A program made the translations under genes and the position numbers. DNA of 32,000 bases, from assembly GCF_013407185.1 (NCBI RefSeq), contig NZ_CP026995.1, positions 1,868,954 to 1,900,953 of the forward strand. The letters are read 5' to 3'. Origin of the DNA: Nitrosopumilus ureiphilus. GTDB lineage: Archaea > Thermoproteota > Nitrososphaeria > Nitrososphaerales > Nitrosopumilaceae. The notes under the pieces were generated by a model. That model worked only from the letters and a program-made list of their open reading frames with translations, made no database searches and was not told where the DNA came from. Within the stretch, counting starts at the first letter, position 1. Each line of letters starts with the position of its first letter. Of the stretch, positions 25,202 through 32,000 are shown in pieces.

Positions 25202-26185
25202 TCATCTAGGAAAATATCTACTTTTTTTAGGTTTAGGTTTTGAAGAATATTCTTTTGGTTTAGATACAGGTTGCCTTATTTCGTTACAGTTTAAGCATAG
25301 AACTCTAAGTTCCTTCTTAGCAAGATCAGGTTCAGAAATATATTTTCCCCATGAAGACGCAGCACCACCACGTCCAAGACTGTCTGAAGTATCATCAAAT
25401 ATGTGGCTAATTCCTAAAGCTCTTTCATCTTTAAATCCACAACTAGAGCAGGTTTTGCCACCCAAAATTTCAAATAATTTTTCTTTTAGAGTAGCATAGA
25501 ATTTTTCTGAACCACCAGAATAGAAACTCTCTTGTTTTTTTAAAAATTTATCACCTTTTGATTTTTTAGATCTGGAATCAGTTCTAAATGATTCTTGAGC
25601 TTTAGAAGATCTTGAATATCTATCATTTCCTGAATCTTGTGGTTTGTTTTGTCTGAAACAGTCATTACAGTAAACAGGTTTGTCAGTTCTTGGTACAAAT
25701 GGAACTTGGCATTGAGTTCCACAATCCGCACATGTTACAGTGGTAGATTCTCCTTGATTATCATCTCTGGAATATCTATCATCTCTGGAATATCTTGAAC
25801 TTCTATCATCTCTGGAATATCTTGAACTTCTATCATCTCTGGAATATCTTGAACTTCTATCATCTCTGGAATATCTTGAACTTCTATCATCTCTGGAATA
25901 TCTTGAACTTCTATCATCTCTGGAATATCTTGAATTTCCTGAATCTTGTGGTTTGTTTTGTCTGAAACAGTCATTACAGTAAACAGGTTTGTCAGTTCTT
26001 GGTACAAATGGAACTTGGCATTGAGTTCCACAATCCGCACATGTTACAGTGGTAGATTCTCCTTGATTATCATCTCTGGAATATCTATCTTTACTAGAGT
26101 TTCTAAAAGAACGATATGGCCCATTGTCTCTTTTTGAAGTTCGCGAATTTTTTTTATCTGAATACTTTGATTTGTAAAGTTCCAT
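25202..26185 (-). CDS. zinc-ribbon repeat protein: two identical CxxC-x17-CxxC domains, RYSRDDRSS repeats, and a C-terminal CxxC...H...CxxC (HNH-like arrangement) domain
   Basis: 327 aa. TVTCADCGTQCQVPFVPRTDKPVYCNDCFRQNKPQDSGN occurs twice, with exactly 17 residues between the CxxC pairs. There are five RYSRDDRSS units. The C-terminus is CSSCG...ISHIF...LCLNCN. Confidence 0.75.
   Translation of the reverse strand: MELYKSKYSDKKNSRTSKRDNGPYRSFRNSSKDRYSRDDNQGESTTVTCADCGTQCQVPFVPRTDKPVYCNDCFRQNKPQDSGNSRYSRDDRSSRYSRDDRSSRYSRDDRSSRYSRDDRSSRYSRDDRSSRYSRDDRYSRDDNQGESTTVTCADCGTQCQVPFVPRTDKPVYCNDCFRQNKPQDSGNDRYSRSSKAQESFRTDSRSKKSKGDKFLKKQESFYSGGSEKFYATLKEKLFEILGGKTCSSCGFKDERALGISHIFDDTSDSLGRGGAASSWGKYISEPDLAKKELRVLCLNCNEIRQPVSKPKEYSSKPKPKKSRYFPR
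25625..26089. repeat. perfect 156-bp direct duplication (25625-25780 and 25934-26089), offset 309 nt
   Basis: The copies are identical on reading. They encode the duplicated zinc ribbon and flank the 27-nt array. Confidence 0.9.
25778..25939. repeat. 27-nt (9-codon) tandem repeat, five perfect units plus a partial unit
   Basis: The unit atcatctctggaatatcttgaacttct starts at 25778, 25805, 25832, 25859 and 25886. It is in frame and encodes RYSRDDRSS. Confidence 0.9.
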
Positions 26186-26257
26186 TATATACTAAAGTAA
26201 TGTTACTTGATTATAGATACTTACGGATTAAATTTGTGCCTAAAATAAAAAATCACT

Positions 26258-26596
26258 TCATACTAGGGATTTATCCATTTCAGTAGACATTATTTCTTGA
26301 ACTTTAAGAAAATAGAGTTTTGTAGAATAAGGCATTTCATTTAAATTATTGTCAACTGCAATCATGAAATATCTAACTGCACGTTTTGATATATCTAAAT
26401 TAAATTTCATTGAAAGAATAGGATCTTGATGTACTTTGATTTTATCCTGAAGCCATGGAGGGGCCATCTCAATTGTTTCTTTGATAATTTTATCATACCA
26501 ATATGAGAGATTTTGTGGATGCAGTCCCTGTTTAAGATTTGATACATCAGTATCAATTTTTTTCATCATGTGGTTGATGATGGCCATGAGGCTCAA
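26258..26596 (-). CDS. hypothetical protein
   Basis: 112-aa ORF; no family recognised. Confidence 0.5.
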   Translation of the reverse strand: MSLMAIINHMMKKIDTDVSNLKQGLHPQNLSYWYDKIIKETIEMAPPWLQDKIKVHQDPILSMKFNLDISKRAVRYFMIAVDNNLNEMPYSTKLYFLKVQEIMSTEMDKSLV

Positions 26597-26639
26597 TCCA
26601 ATAATTTTGTTTTATTACGATTACTCAAAGTTAGACAAG

Positions 26640-27116
26640 CTACTTGTCAATTGAAAGCGAGTTTCCCTCAATGTCAATTTCAGAGTTTTTTATTCGAGTA
26701 GTAGAGATTCTTTTTCCGTCTTTTGCCAAAAACATAGGAACCGTAATAATTTGAACAGGTGGAAGATTCTTTTCTGCCCTTAATTTATTTAAAATATTTC
26801 CTTGATTGCTAGTTTCATCACTAACAACTAATGCTTGAACTTTTTTTTCTAAAACTGCAGGTCCAAAATCATTATTCAGTTTACTAATTTGAAAAGAGTT
26901 ACTCGGATATTTTTTTAAAAGTATGGTGGTCAAATTTTCAAGTCGTTTTTCATATTTGTGAAGTGGGAGCTTTCCCTTTTTTTCAGCAAGTTCATCACTA
27001 GTTAATCCAATAATCACTTTATCTGAAATATCAAATGCGTTTGAAAGTAGCGTTAAATGTCCTTTATGTATAATATCGAAAGTTCCACCCATTGCAACAA
27101 GAGAAAATTTAGACAT
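26640..27116 (-). CDS. coaD: cytidylyltransferase-fold enzyme, most likely archaeal phosphopantetheine adenylyltransferase
   Basis: The conserved domain begins at MSKFSLVAMGGTFDIIHKGHLTLL...VIIGLTSDELA. I place the start at the Met at 27114-27116 (158 aa), not at the track's 27371. Confidence 0.7.
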   Translation of the reverse strand: MSKFSLVAMGGTFDIIHKGHLTLLSNAFDISDKVIIGLTSDELAEKKGKLPLHKYEKRLENLTTILLKKYPSNSFQISKLNNDFGPAVLEKKVQALVVSDETSNQGNILNKLRAEKNLPPVQIITVPMFLAKDGKRISTTRIKNSEIDIEGNSLSIDK

Positions 27117-27420
27117 GCATATGTGTGAACTACCACTCGCCAAAGCATCGTGGCTTTCTGCTTCATCGAGCCTCAAAGTTGCTTTCGCAGACGTTTGTGG
27201 TTGTGGCTCTCGCATCCCTTGGTCGGGGATTGTCTTTTCAGACTCAGGCGTTTGTATTTTGATGATTCCCACAGTTCCTATGGTATCATATGTCATTGGT
27301 TTTCTTACACGCATATTGTATTTGAATATTTGATTGTGTTTTGCTTTGAGTTGTGATGTGTTCGCTCTCATCCAACTCTAAAGGGTTTTGGGTTTTCCCG
27401 CTCACATTCCATCAACAATT
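27117..27420 (-). ncRNA. candidate structured non-coding RNA (~300 nt), class unknown
   Basis: 61/120 GC (hand count, 27121-27240). Three overlapping frames are open here (26640-27371 extension, 27115-27333, 27150-27356). Minus-strand GNRA hairpin UGC-GAAA-GCA (27180-27189), hairpin 27214-18/27226-30, and a 7-bp long-range pairing 27172-78/27344-50. Confidence 0.35.
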
Positions 27421-27462
27421 CTTGCTGCGTTTAAACGGTAGAATACTTTTGATTATTCTAAT

Positions 27463-28533
27463 TTAGTTTATCAGGATTAGAACAAATGGCCCCTGTTCTG
27501 ATATTGGAATATTATTTCTATCCCAAACAAATGTTTCAATGAAAAATAATCCCTTTTTTTCTGGAATCCAATCTATTGATTGGGACTGAGGCCCATTTCC
27601 AATAAATCGTCCATCAAATTTTCCAATAAACTCAACATATGGGGGTTCTCCAGATTCTTTGATTTGCACATAGTATGTGTATGGAGTTTCAGCAGGAATT
27701 TGTTTGCCAGAAAATTCCACCAGAGTTTTACTTTCTATGTTTACAGTTGAGCCTAGTTTAATTTCAGAGAGACTGTTTCCATTTGTATCTTTTACAGAAA
27801 CATTAGAAATTGAAACTAATTTTGTCATAGATTGAGGAGCAGGAATTTTTACATCAACAAAATTAGAATTAAAAATATTAGATTCTGCAAATAACAAAAA
27901 TCCTACAGATCTAGGATCAATTTCTTCATTTATCTCAAAAGGTACTTCAGTGTTTGGCTCTACATTACCTAGTTCAATGGCAGAAACCCCAAGAATTCGT
28001 GGTGGCTCAAAACCATCATAAAATGCAAGGTAAACATTAGCATCAGTATTAGGAGCTCCTCCATTTTGGAGTACTCCTGAAAATCTTAAAGATGTATCCA
28101 AAAATATCTCACTTGAATAAACTGACAATCCCTTTTGTTTGTCTTCTGAAGGATCAAATCCCAAAAGAGAGACAGATGCCTGAGTTATGTTAGGGTCAGG
28201 AGTTTGAGAACGAATTGCATATGGAGATTTTCCATTTGCTGGAATTACTTTAAGTGTTGTATGACCTTGAATGACTTCCAAAGGAATAGGATCCAAATCA
28301 TCATAAAATTTCACTTGAATTAGTACATTGGTTACAGAAGATAATGAATCATTGTTTTCAACTGCTCCAACAACAACAGTATAACCCTCTGAATCCTGAT
28401 AAACAAAAGGAGTCTCACTAGTTAGAGATACAGAAAGAGTAGGTAATGTGTCAGATTTTTCTTCAGAGTAAGATTGGGATAAAGGAACTAAAAGTAAAAT
28501 CAAAAACATACCCAAAACAAGTTTTTGCATCAA
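27463..28533 (-). CDS. secreted hypothetical protein
   Basis: 356 aa with a signal peptide (MMQKLVLGMFLILLLVPLSQSYS) and beta-rich composition. Confidence 0.65.
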   Translation of the reverse strand: MMQKLVLGMFLILLLVPLSQSYSEEKSDTLPTLSVSLTSETPFVYQDSEGYTVVVGAVENNDSLSSVTNVLIQVKFYDDLDPIPLEVIQGHTTLKVIPANGKSPYAIRSQTPDPNITQASVSLLGFDPSEDKQKGLSVYSSEIFLDTSLRFSGVLQNGGAPNTDANVYLAFYDGFEPPRILGVSAIELGNVEPNTEVPFEINEEIDPRSVGFLLFAESNIFNSNFVDVKIPAPQSMTKLVSISNVSVKDTNGNSLSEIKLGSTVNIESKTLVEFSGKQIPAETPYTYYVQIKESGEPPYVEFIGKFDGRFIGNGPQSQSIDWIPEKKGLFFIETFVWDRNNIPISEQGPFVLILIN

Positions 28534-28659
28534 ATGTCTTTGCTAAAAGAGATTAATTTCATTTAACATAACATATAGTGAACAAGAAAGGTAACATCGG
28601 TTCACCTAGTTGACACTAAAAATAGAAGAATAAAAAGAGATTAAAAAATAGATGTAATT

Positions 28660-28761
28660 TTATTTTCTCTTTGCGGTAATTGCTAACCAGTAAATCAAAC
28701 CTGGAGTCAAACCGACAATGAGTGGAATAAATACCGGCCATGCGTCTGCTGCACTTGTCAT
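28660..28761 (-). CDS. possible 33-aa single-TM micro-protein
   Basis: Hand translation: MTSAADAWPVFIPLIVGLTPGLIYWLAITAKRK. GC is higher than the surrounding intergenic DNA. No further support. Confidence 0.3.
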   Translation of the reverse strand: MTSAADAWPVFIPLIVGLTPGLIYWLAITAKRK

Positions 28762-28837
28762 AAGAAAAAACGGAAACTTATCCTATTTAAATCCATCCAG
28801 CAGTCTGAAATTCAGCATAGATCGGATTAGTAAAAAG

Positions 28838-28911
28838 TGGACCGGACGGAATTTGAATCCGTGACCCCCCGCGTGCAAGGCGGGTATACTACCAGGCTAT
28901 ACTACCGGCCC
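28838..28911 (-). tRNA. tRNA-Ala(UGC)
   Basis: 74-nt cloverleaf: acceptor GGGCCGG/CCGGTCC with the G3:U70 Ala identity pair, anticodon arm CCCGC-CTTGCAC-GCGGG, T arm ACGGA-TTCAAAT-TCCGT. Confidence 0.9.
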
Positions 28912-28991
28912 ACATGAAGATTGGATATCGTGTGGATTTTAATTGTTGTCTTCTTGGCAAGAATTTTATTTGAAAACAAGGTTGTTTCTTT

Positions 28992-29546
28992 ATGGTACTT
29001 TTAGAGTCTCAAGTCAAACTAAAAACAGGAAGTATTGCACCAGATTTTGAATTATTGGGAATTGATGATAAAAAACATTCACTATCTGATTATAGTAATT
29101 ACAAAGGAATTTTGGTAATTTTCATGTGTAATCATTGCCCATATGTTAAAGCCAAGGTTGATGCATTAAATGAGTTATATGAAAAATTTGGAAATGAAAT
29201 TGCAATAATAGGAATTAACAGTAATGACTCTACAGACTATCCAGAAGATAGTTTTGAAGCAATGAAAAAGACAGCAAAAGAAAAAGGATTCAAGTTTGAT
29301 TATCTAGTAGATGAAACACAAGAAGTTGCCAAGAAGTATGGTGCAATGTGTACTCCAGATCCCTTCCTATTCAATAGTCAAAAACAATTGGTTTTTCATG
29401 GAAGAATCGACAACGCTATGAAACCCGATGATGCCGCTACTGAAAAGACAATGATCAACAATATGCAAAAATTATTGTCTGGTGAAAAAATTGAAAAAGA
29501 TTTTGACCCATCAATTGGCTGTTCAATCAAGTGGAAAGAAAATTAA
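28992..29546 (+). CDS. thioredoxin-fold thiol-disulfide oxidoreductase (AhpC/TSA-redoxin family)
   Basis: 184 aa with a CxxC active site in the context VIFMCNHCPYVKA. The layout is typical of the redoxin family. Confidence 0.8.
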   Translation: MVLLESQVKLKTGSIAPDFELLGIDDKKHSLSDYSNYKGILVIFMCNHCPYVKAKVDALNELYEKFGNEIAIIGINSNDSTDYPEDSFEAMKKTAKEKGFKFDYLVDETQEVAKKYGAMCTPDPFLFNSQKQLVFHGRIDNAMKPDDAATEKTMINNMQKLLSGEKIEKDFDPSIGCSIKWKEN

Positions 29547-29579
29547 ACTTAAATGAGTCCTGCCTAGAGATTTGTTCGT

Positions 29580-29654
29580 GGGCTCGTAGCTCAGCTTGGC
29601 TGGAGCGTTCGACTGATAATCGAAAGGTCATGTGTTCGAATCACATCGGGCCCA
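29580..29654 (+). tRNA. tRNA-Ile(GAU)
   Basis: 75 nt: acceptor GGGCTCG/CGGGCCC, anticodon arm TTCGA-CTGATAA-TCGAA, T arm ATGTG-TTCGAAT-CACAT. Confidence 0.9.
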
Positions 29655-29661
29655 TTTTTCA

Positions 29662-30597
29662 TCATTTTAGATTTTCAGAAATTGTTTTGGACCATTGTAA
29701 TATATCATCTAGTTGATCAGATAGTAGATCAGAATTAATTTTTGATTTTTTAGGTGTTTTACCACAAAGTACCAATTTCATATTTTTTCCAGATTTTTCT
29801 TTACTGGGATTAATAGAATTCGCAAAAAAGTTTAACCCTTCATTAGAATGAGAGAATATTATCACTAATAAAATTCCGGGTTTTTGTTTCCAGATTTTTC
29901 CAACCAATTTTTGAAAATCTAGATCAAATAAGACATCAATTGCTGAAGACATATCACCAAGATGAGAGACCTTCCAGCCATTGGAATGATATGCTGCAGA
30001 CGCAGCTTCAGAAATCAGGACACTTTGTGAATCAGCTGCAATTATCACTACATTCTTTTTTGGATCAGATACGACCTGAATTTGATTGAATATTTGAAAT
30101 GATTTTGAAATTGTAGTTTTTAAGAGATTAAGTTCTGAAGCTCCAATTTTTCCTGCATCATACAAATTTTGCACATAGTCAACAGCAGGAAAAATTATTT
30201 CAAGAATTAAACGATTAGGGGTTGCTCCAGAATGCAAACAATTTCGAATTAGAGAATGAGCTTGTCCATCTGTACCTTTTACTAAATATTCAAGATAGGT
30301 AGGGGCTACTTTGAAATAATCATCAGGGAAGTTGAAAGATTCTTGGCCTGGTTCTAAAAACCACAAAGTGACATTTCCAATATTTTTTTGTCGGAGTAAT
30401 CCCTCAGCTGCAAAAACTTTGAGATATTTAGACATTGTAATTCTATTGATACCAACTTTTTTAGAAATCTCCATTCCAGACATTCCAGTATCAGAATCTT
30501 CTAAAGATGAAATCAGTTTTTCTCTAATTGATTCTGTGGAATAACCTCTGCCCATGATGTTTTTGCATGATGGTATTGTATAAAGACTAATTTTCAT
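29662..30597 (-). CDS. transcription regulator: winged HTH plus B12-binding-like (helical bundle + Rossmann) domain
   Basis: 311 aa. The HTH is MSGMEISKKVGINRITMSKYLKVFAAEGLL. The middle region YLEYLVKG..GQAHSLIRNCLHSG...ILEIIFPAVDYVQNLYDAGKIGASELNL and KNVVIIAADSQSVLISEAASAAYHSNGWKVSHLG match B12-binding domain architecture. Confidence 0.65.
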   Translation of the reverse strand: MKISLYTIPSCKNIMGRGYSTESIREKLISSLEDSDTGMSGMEISKKVGINRITMSKYLKVFAAEGLLRQKNIGNVTLWFLEPGQESFNFPDDYFKVAPTYLEYLVKGTDGQAHSLIRNCLHSGATPNRLILEIIFPAVDYVQNLYDAGKIGASELNLLKTTISKSFQIFNQIQVVSDPKKNVVIIAADSQSVLISEAASAAYHSNGWKVSHLGDMSSAIDVLFDLDFQKLVGKIWKQKPGILLVIIFSHSNEGLNFFANSINPSKEKSGKNMKLVLCGKTPKKSKINSDLLSDQLDDILQWSKTISENLK

Positions 30598-30669
30598 TTA
30601 CATGTGAGGCTATTTTTAAAATAAAACATTAAATACTAAGTACTTTATTGTACGGTAAGGAAAAGTAAA

Positions 30670-31056
30670 TTGCCAAAAGCAGGATTCAAATCAATTACAG
30701 TTTCAGAAACAGTTTATGATAAATTCCATCAAGTTTATCAAAACAGCAAAGACGACCTTACAATGAAAGGGGTCAATAGTTTTTCAGGCTATGTAACTTA
30801 CATGCTTGAGGAGATGATGCAGAAAGATAAAACTTTTGCAAGATATGCTCCCAAGATTGAAAAAATTTCTGTTGATGATGATCGTGTCATTCTAAAAGAT
30901 AATATTAAAAATAGAATCGCAGAAGTTGCAGTTCAAAAAGGGGAGTTGTTCTGTCAATTATGTGATGAAAAAGATTGTGTACATGTTGGGTTTGTTTTCT
31001 CACTGCCAGATGTGTATGAAGTCCTTAACTCTAGAGGAATAAAACATCCAAAATAG
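30670..31056 (+). CDS. hypothetical protein with RHH-like N-terminus and Cys/His C-terminal patch (TTG start as in the track)
   Basis: 128 aa. KSITVSETVYDKFHQVY resembles an RHH beta-strand/helix. CQLCDEKDCVH lies near the C-terminus. Confidence 0.45.
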   Translation: MPKAGFKSITVSETVYDKFHQVYQNSKDDLTMKGVNSFSGYVTYMLEEMMQKDKTFARYAPKIEKISVDDDRVILKDNIKNRIAEVAVQKGELFCQLCDEKDCVHVGFVFSLPDVYEVLNSRGIKHPK

Positions 31057-31061
31057 AAAAG

Positions 31062-31183
31062 TGGAGGAGGTGGGATTTGAACCCACGAACTCCTGAGAGA
31101 CAGGATCACCCATTATTTGATCTTAAGTCCTGCATGTCCAAAAACACAAAGTGCTTACTTTGGCCAGGCTTGATTACTCCTCC
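31062..31183 (-). tRNA. tRNA-Leu(UAA) with two predicted introns (31136-31157 in the D arm; 31107-31121 at 37/38)
   Basis: Hand-folded: acceptor GGAGGAG/CTCCTCC, T arm GTGGG-TTCAAAT-CCCAC, anticodon arm CAGGA-CTTAAGA-TCCTG after removal of a 15-nt insert. D stem ATC/GAT is restored by removing a 22-nt insert. Long variable arm. Confidence 0.8.
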
Positions 31184-31274
31184 AAAAGTGTAGAAATCTG
31201 TGTGAAATTTAACAGTTTAGAAGAATATTGGTCAGAATGAAGAATTATAAGGATTTTCTACAGAGAATTTTTGT

Positions 31275-31348
31275 GCTTCGATAGCTCAGCCTGGTAGAGC
31301 GTTACATTGGTAATGTAAAGGTCGCGGGTTCAGATCCCGTTCGAAGCT
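31275..31348 (+). tRNA. tRNA-Thr(GGU)
   Basis: 74 nt: acceptor GCTTCGA/TCGAAGC, anticodon arm TTACA-TTGGTAA-TGTAA, T arm GCGGG-TTCAGAT-CCCGT. Confidence 0.9.
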
Positions 31349-31349
31349 T

Positions 31350-32000
31350 CTAATAATTTTTTATCAATAATTCAAAGTGACCTGTTCTCTTTTTAGAGTT
31401 TGAATTAATTGAACGATTTGCCTTAATCTTGAATATTTTCCAAGGTTTGGTTGTAAACATATCTGCCACTTTTTGAGAGTTAGAATTCGATAAAAGAACG
31501 TTACATCCTTTTGAGTCTAATTTCATACAAAGTTCTACCAATCTGCTAAGATCATCATATGTGAAATCCTTGTTTGTATAGCTAGTGAAATTAGATGTAT
31601 CACTCACTGGTTGATAGGGCGGATCAAAATATACAAGATCATCTCTTTTGGCATCTCTTAGAACGGCCTCAAAATCACGACATTTGATCGAGATTTTACT
31701 TGAACGTAAAATGCGACTAACTGAACAAAGATTTTCTTCGTTTACAATATTTGGATTGGTGTATTTTCCTAAAGGAACGTTGAATTTTCCTTTACTGTTT
31801 ACACGGTATAATCCATTGAAACATGTTCTATTCAAAAAGATCAATCGGGATGTTTTTTCAATTTGGCTTCTAGGATTACTTTCTCGAATAGAGTAATAGT
31901 ATTTCTTGGAATTTTTTTGATAGTGTTTTTCATGATTTTTTAGGGAATTTATTAGATCATCTATTTTATCGCGAATTGTTGTATAGGATAAAACTAAATC
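31350..32000 (-). CDS. Dam-type (D12 class) N6-adenine DNA methyltransferase, 5'-truncated by the window edge
   Basis: FLNRTCFNGLYRVNSKGKFNVPLGKY and the catalytic FDPPY are present. I translated the frame upstream of the track's TTG (31844) and it stays open to position 32000 (..YYYSIRESNPRSQIEKTSR-LIFLNRT..), so the gene starts outside the window. Confidence 0.8.
   Translation of the reverse strand, partial: DLVLSYTTIRDKIDDLINSLKNHEKHYQKNSKKYYYSIRESNPRSQIEKTSRLIFLNRTCFNGLYRVNSKGKFNVPLGKYTNPNIVNEENLCSVSRILRSSKISIKCRDFEAVLRDAKRDDLVYFDPPYQPVSDTSNFTSYTNKDFTYDDLSRLVELCMKLDSKGCNVLLSNSNSQKVADMFTTKPWKIFKIKANRSINSNSKKRTGHFELLIKNY

Noticed and set aside
25540-26040. Track ORFs 25540-25731 and 25735-26040 (MRIVELNAKF..., PEMIEVQDI repeats) and 25946-26137(+)
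   Set aside because: These are alternative frames of the zinc-ribbon gene's repeats. The CxxC-x17-CxxC frame is the one with recognisable domain logic.
27117-27371. N-terminal 85-codon extension of the 26640-27371 ORF, and plus-strand ORFs 27115-27333 and 27150-27356
   Set aside because: The conserved cytidylyltransferase domain starts at the Met at 27116. Three mutually overlapping open frames in a ~51% GC patch indicate non-coding structured sequence, not protein.
29531-29716. 61-aa plus-strand ORF
   Set aside because: It runs straight through tRNA-Ile (29580-29654) and into the convergent regulator gene.

Overview
AT-rich archaeal chromosome segment. It is most consistent with a marine ammonia-oxidising thaumarchaeon (Nitrosopumilus-like). 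This is an inference from composition, archaeal-type PheRS alpha/beta, TrpRS, PPAT and PdxST, and multi-intron tRNAs; no database was searched. Most of the window is housekeeping: a PP-loop ATPase, a pterin pair (PCD plus a PTPS-like fusion), valS, pdxS/pdxT, aconitase, pheS/pheT, trpS, coaD-like PPAT, a thioredoxin-like protein, and five tRNA genes (Trp, Ala, Ile, Leu, Thr). By hand-folding, tRNA-Trp and tRNA-Leu each carry two introns. The most interesting part is a ~7 kb accessory segment between tRNA-Trp (8472-8625) and aconitase (15691-17964). It ends in a degenerate direct copy of the tRNA-Trp 3' end (15659-15684) and has decayed, gene-poor flanks. It contains two paralogous ribbon-helix-helix genes that the ORF track missed. 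Its core is a higher-GC, translationally coupled three-gene cassette: a 66-aa acidic protein, a tyrosinase with a CFIATAAYGS-type C-terminal module, and a galactose/glyoxal-oxidase-like copper radical oxidase. Neither enzyme has a signal peptide. Other items worth a second look: two ~50% GC non-coding islands (20096-20280 and 27117-27420) that look like unannotated structured RNAs; a zinc-ribbon protein with perfect 27-nt and 156-nt internal repeats; a repeated secreted-protein module (IPSWIKNNAGWWADGQIDD...); an HTH plus B12-binding-like regulator lacking the usual His ligands; and a 5'-truncated Dam-type methylase abutting tRNA-Thr at the window edge. No CRISPR array, rRNA or recognisable transposase/integrase was seen.
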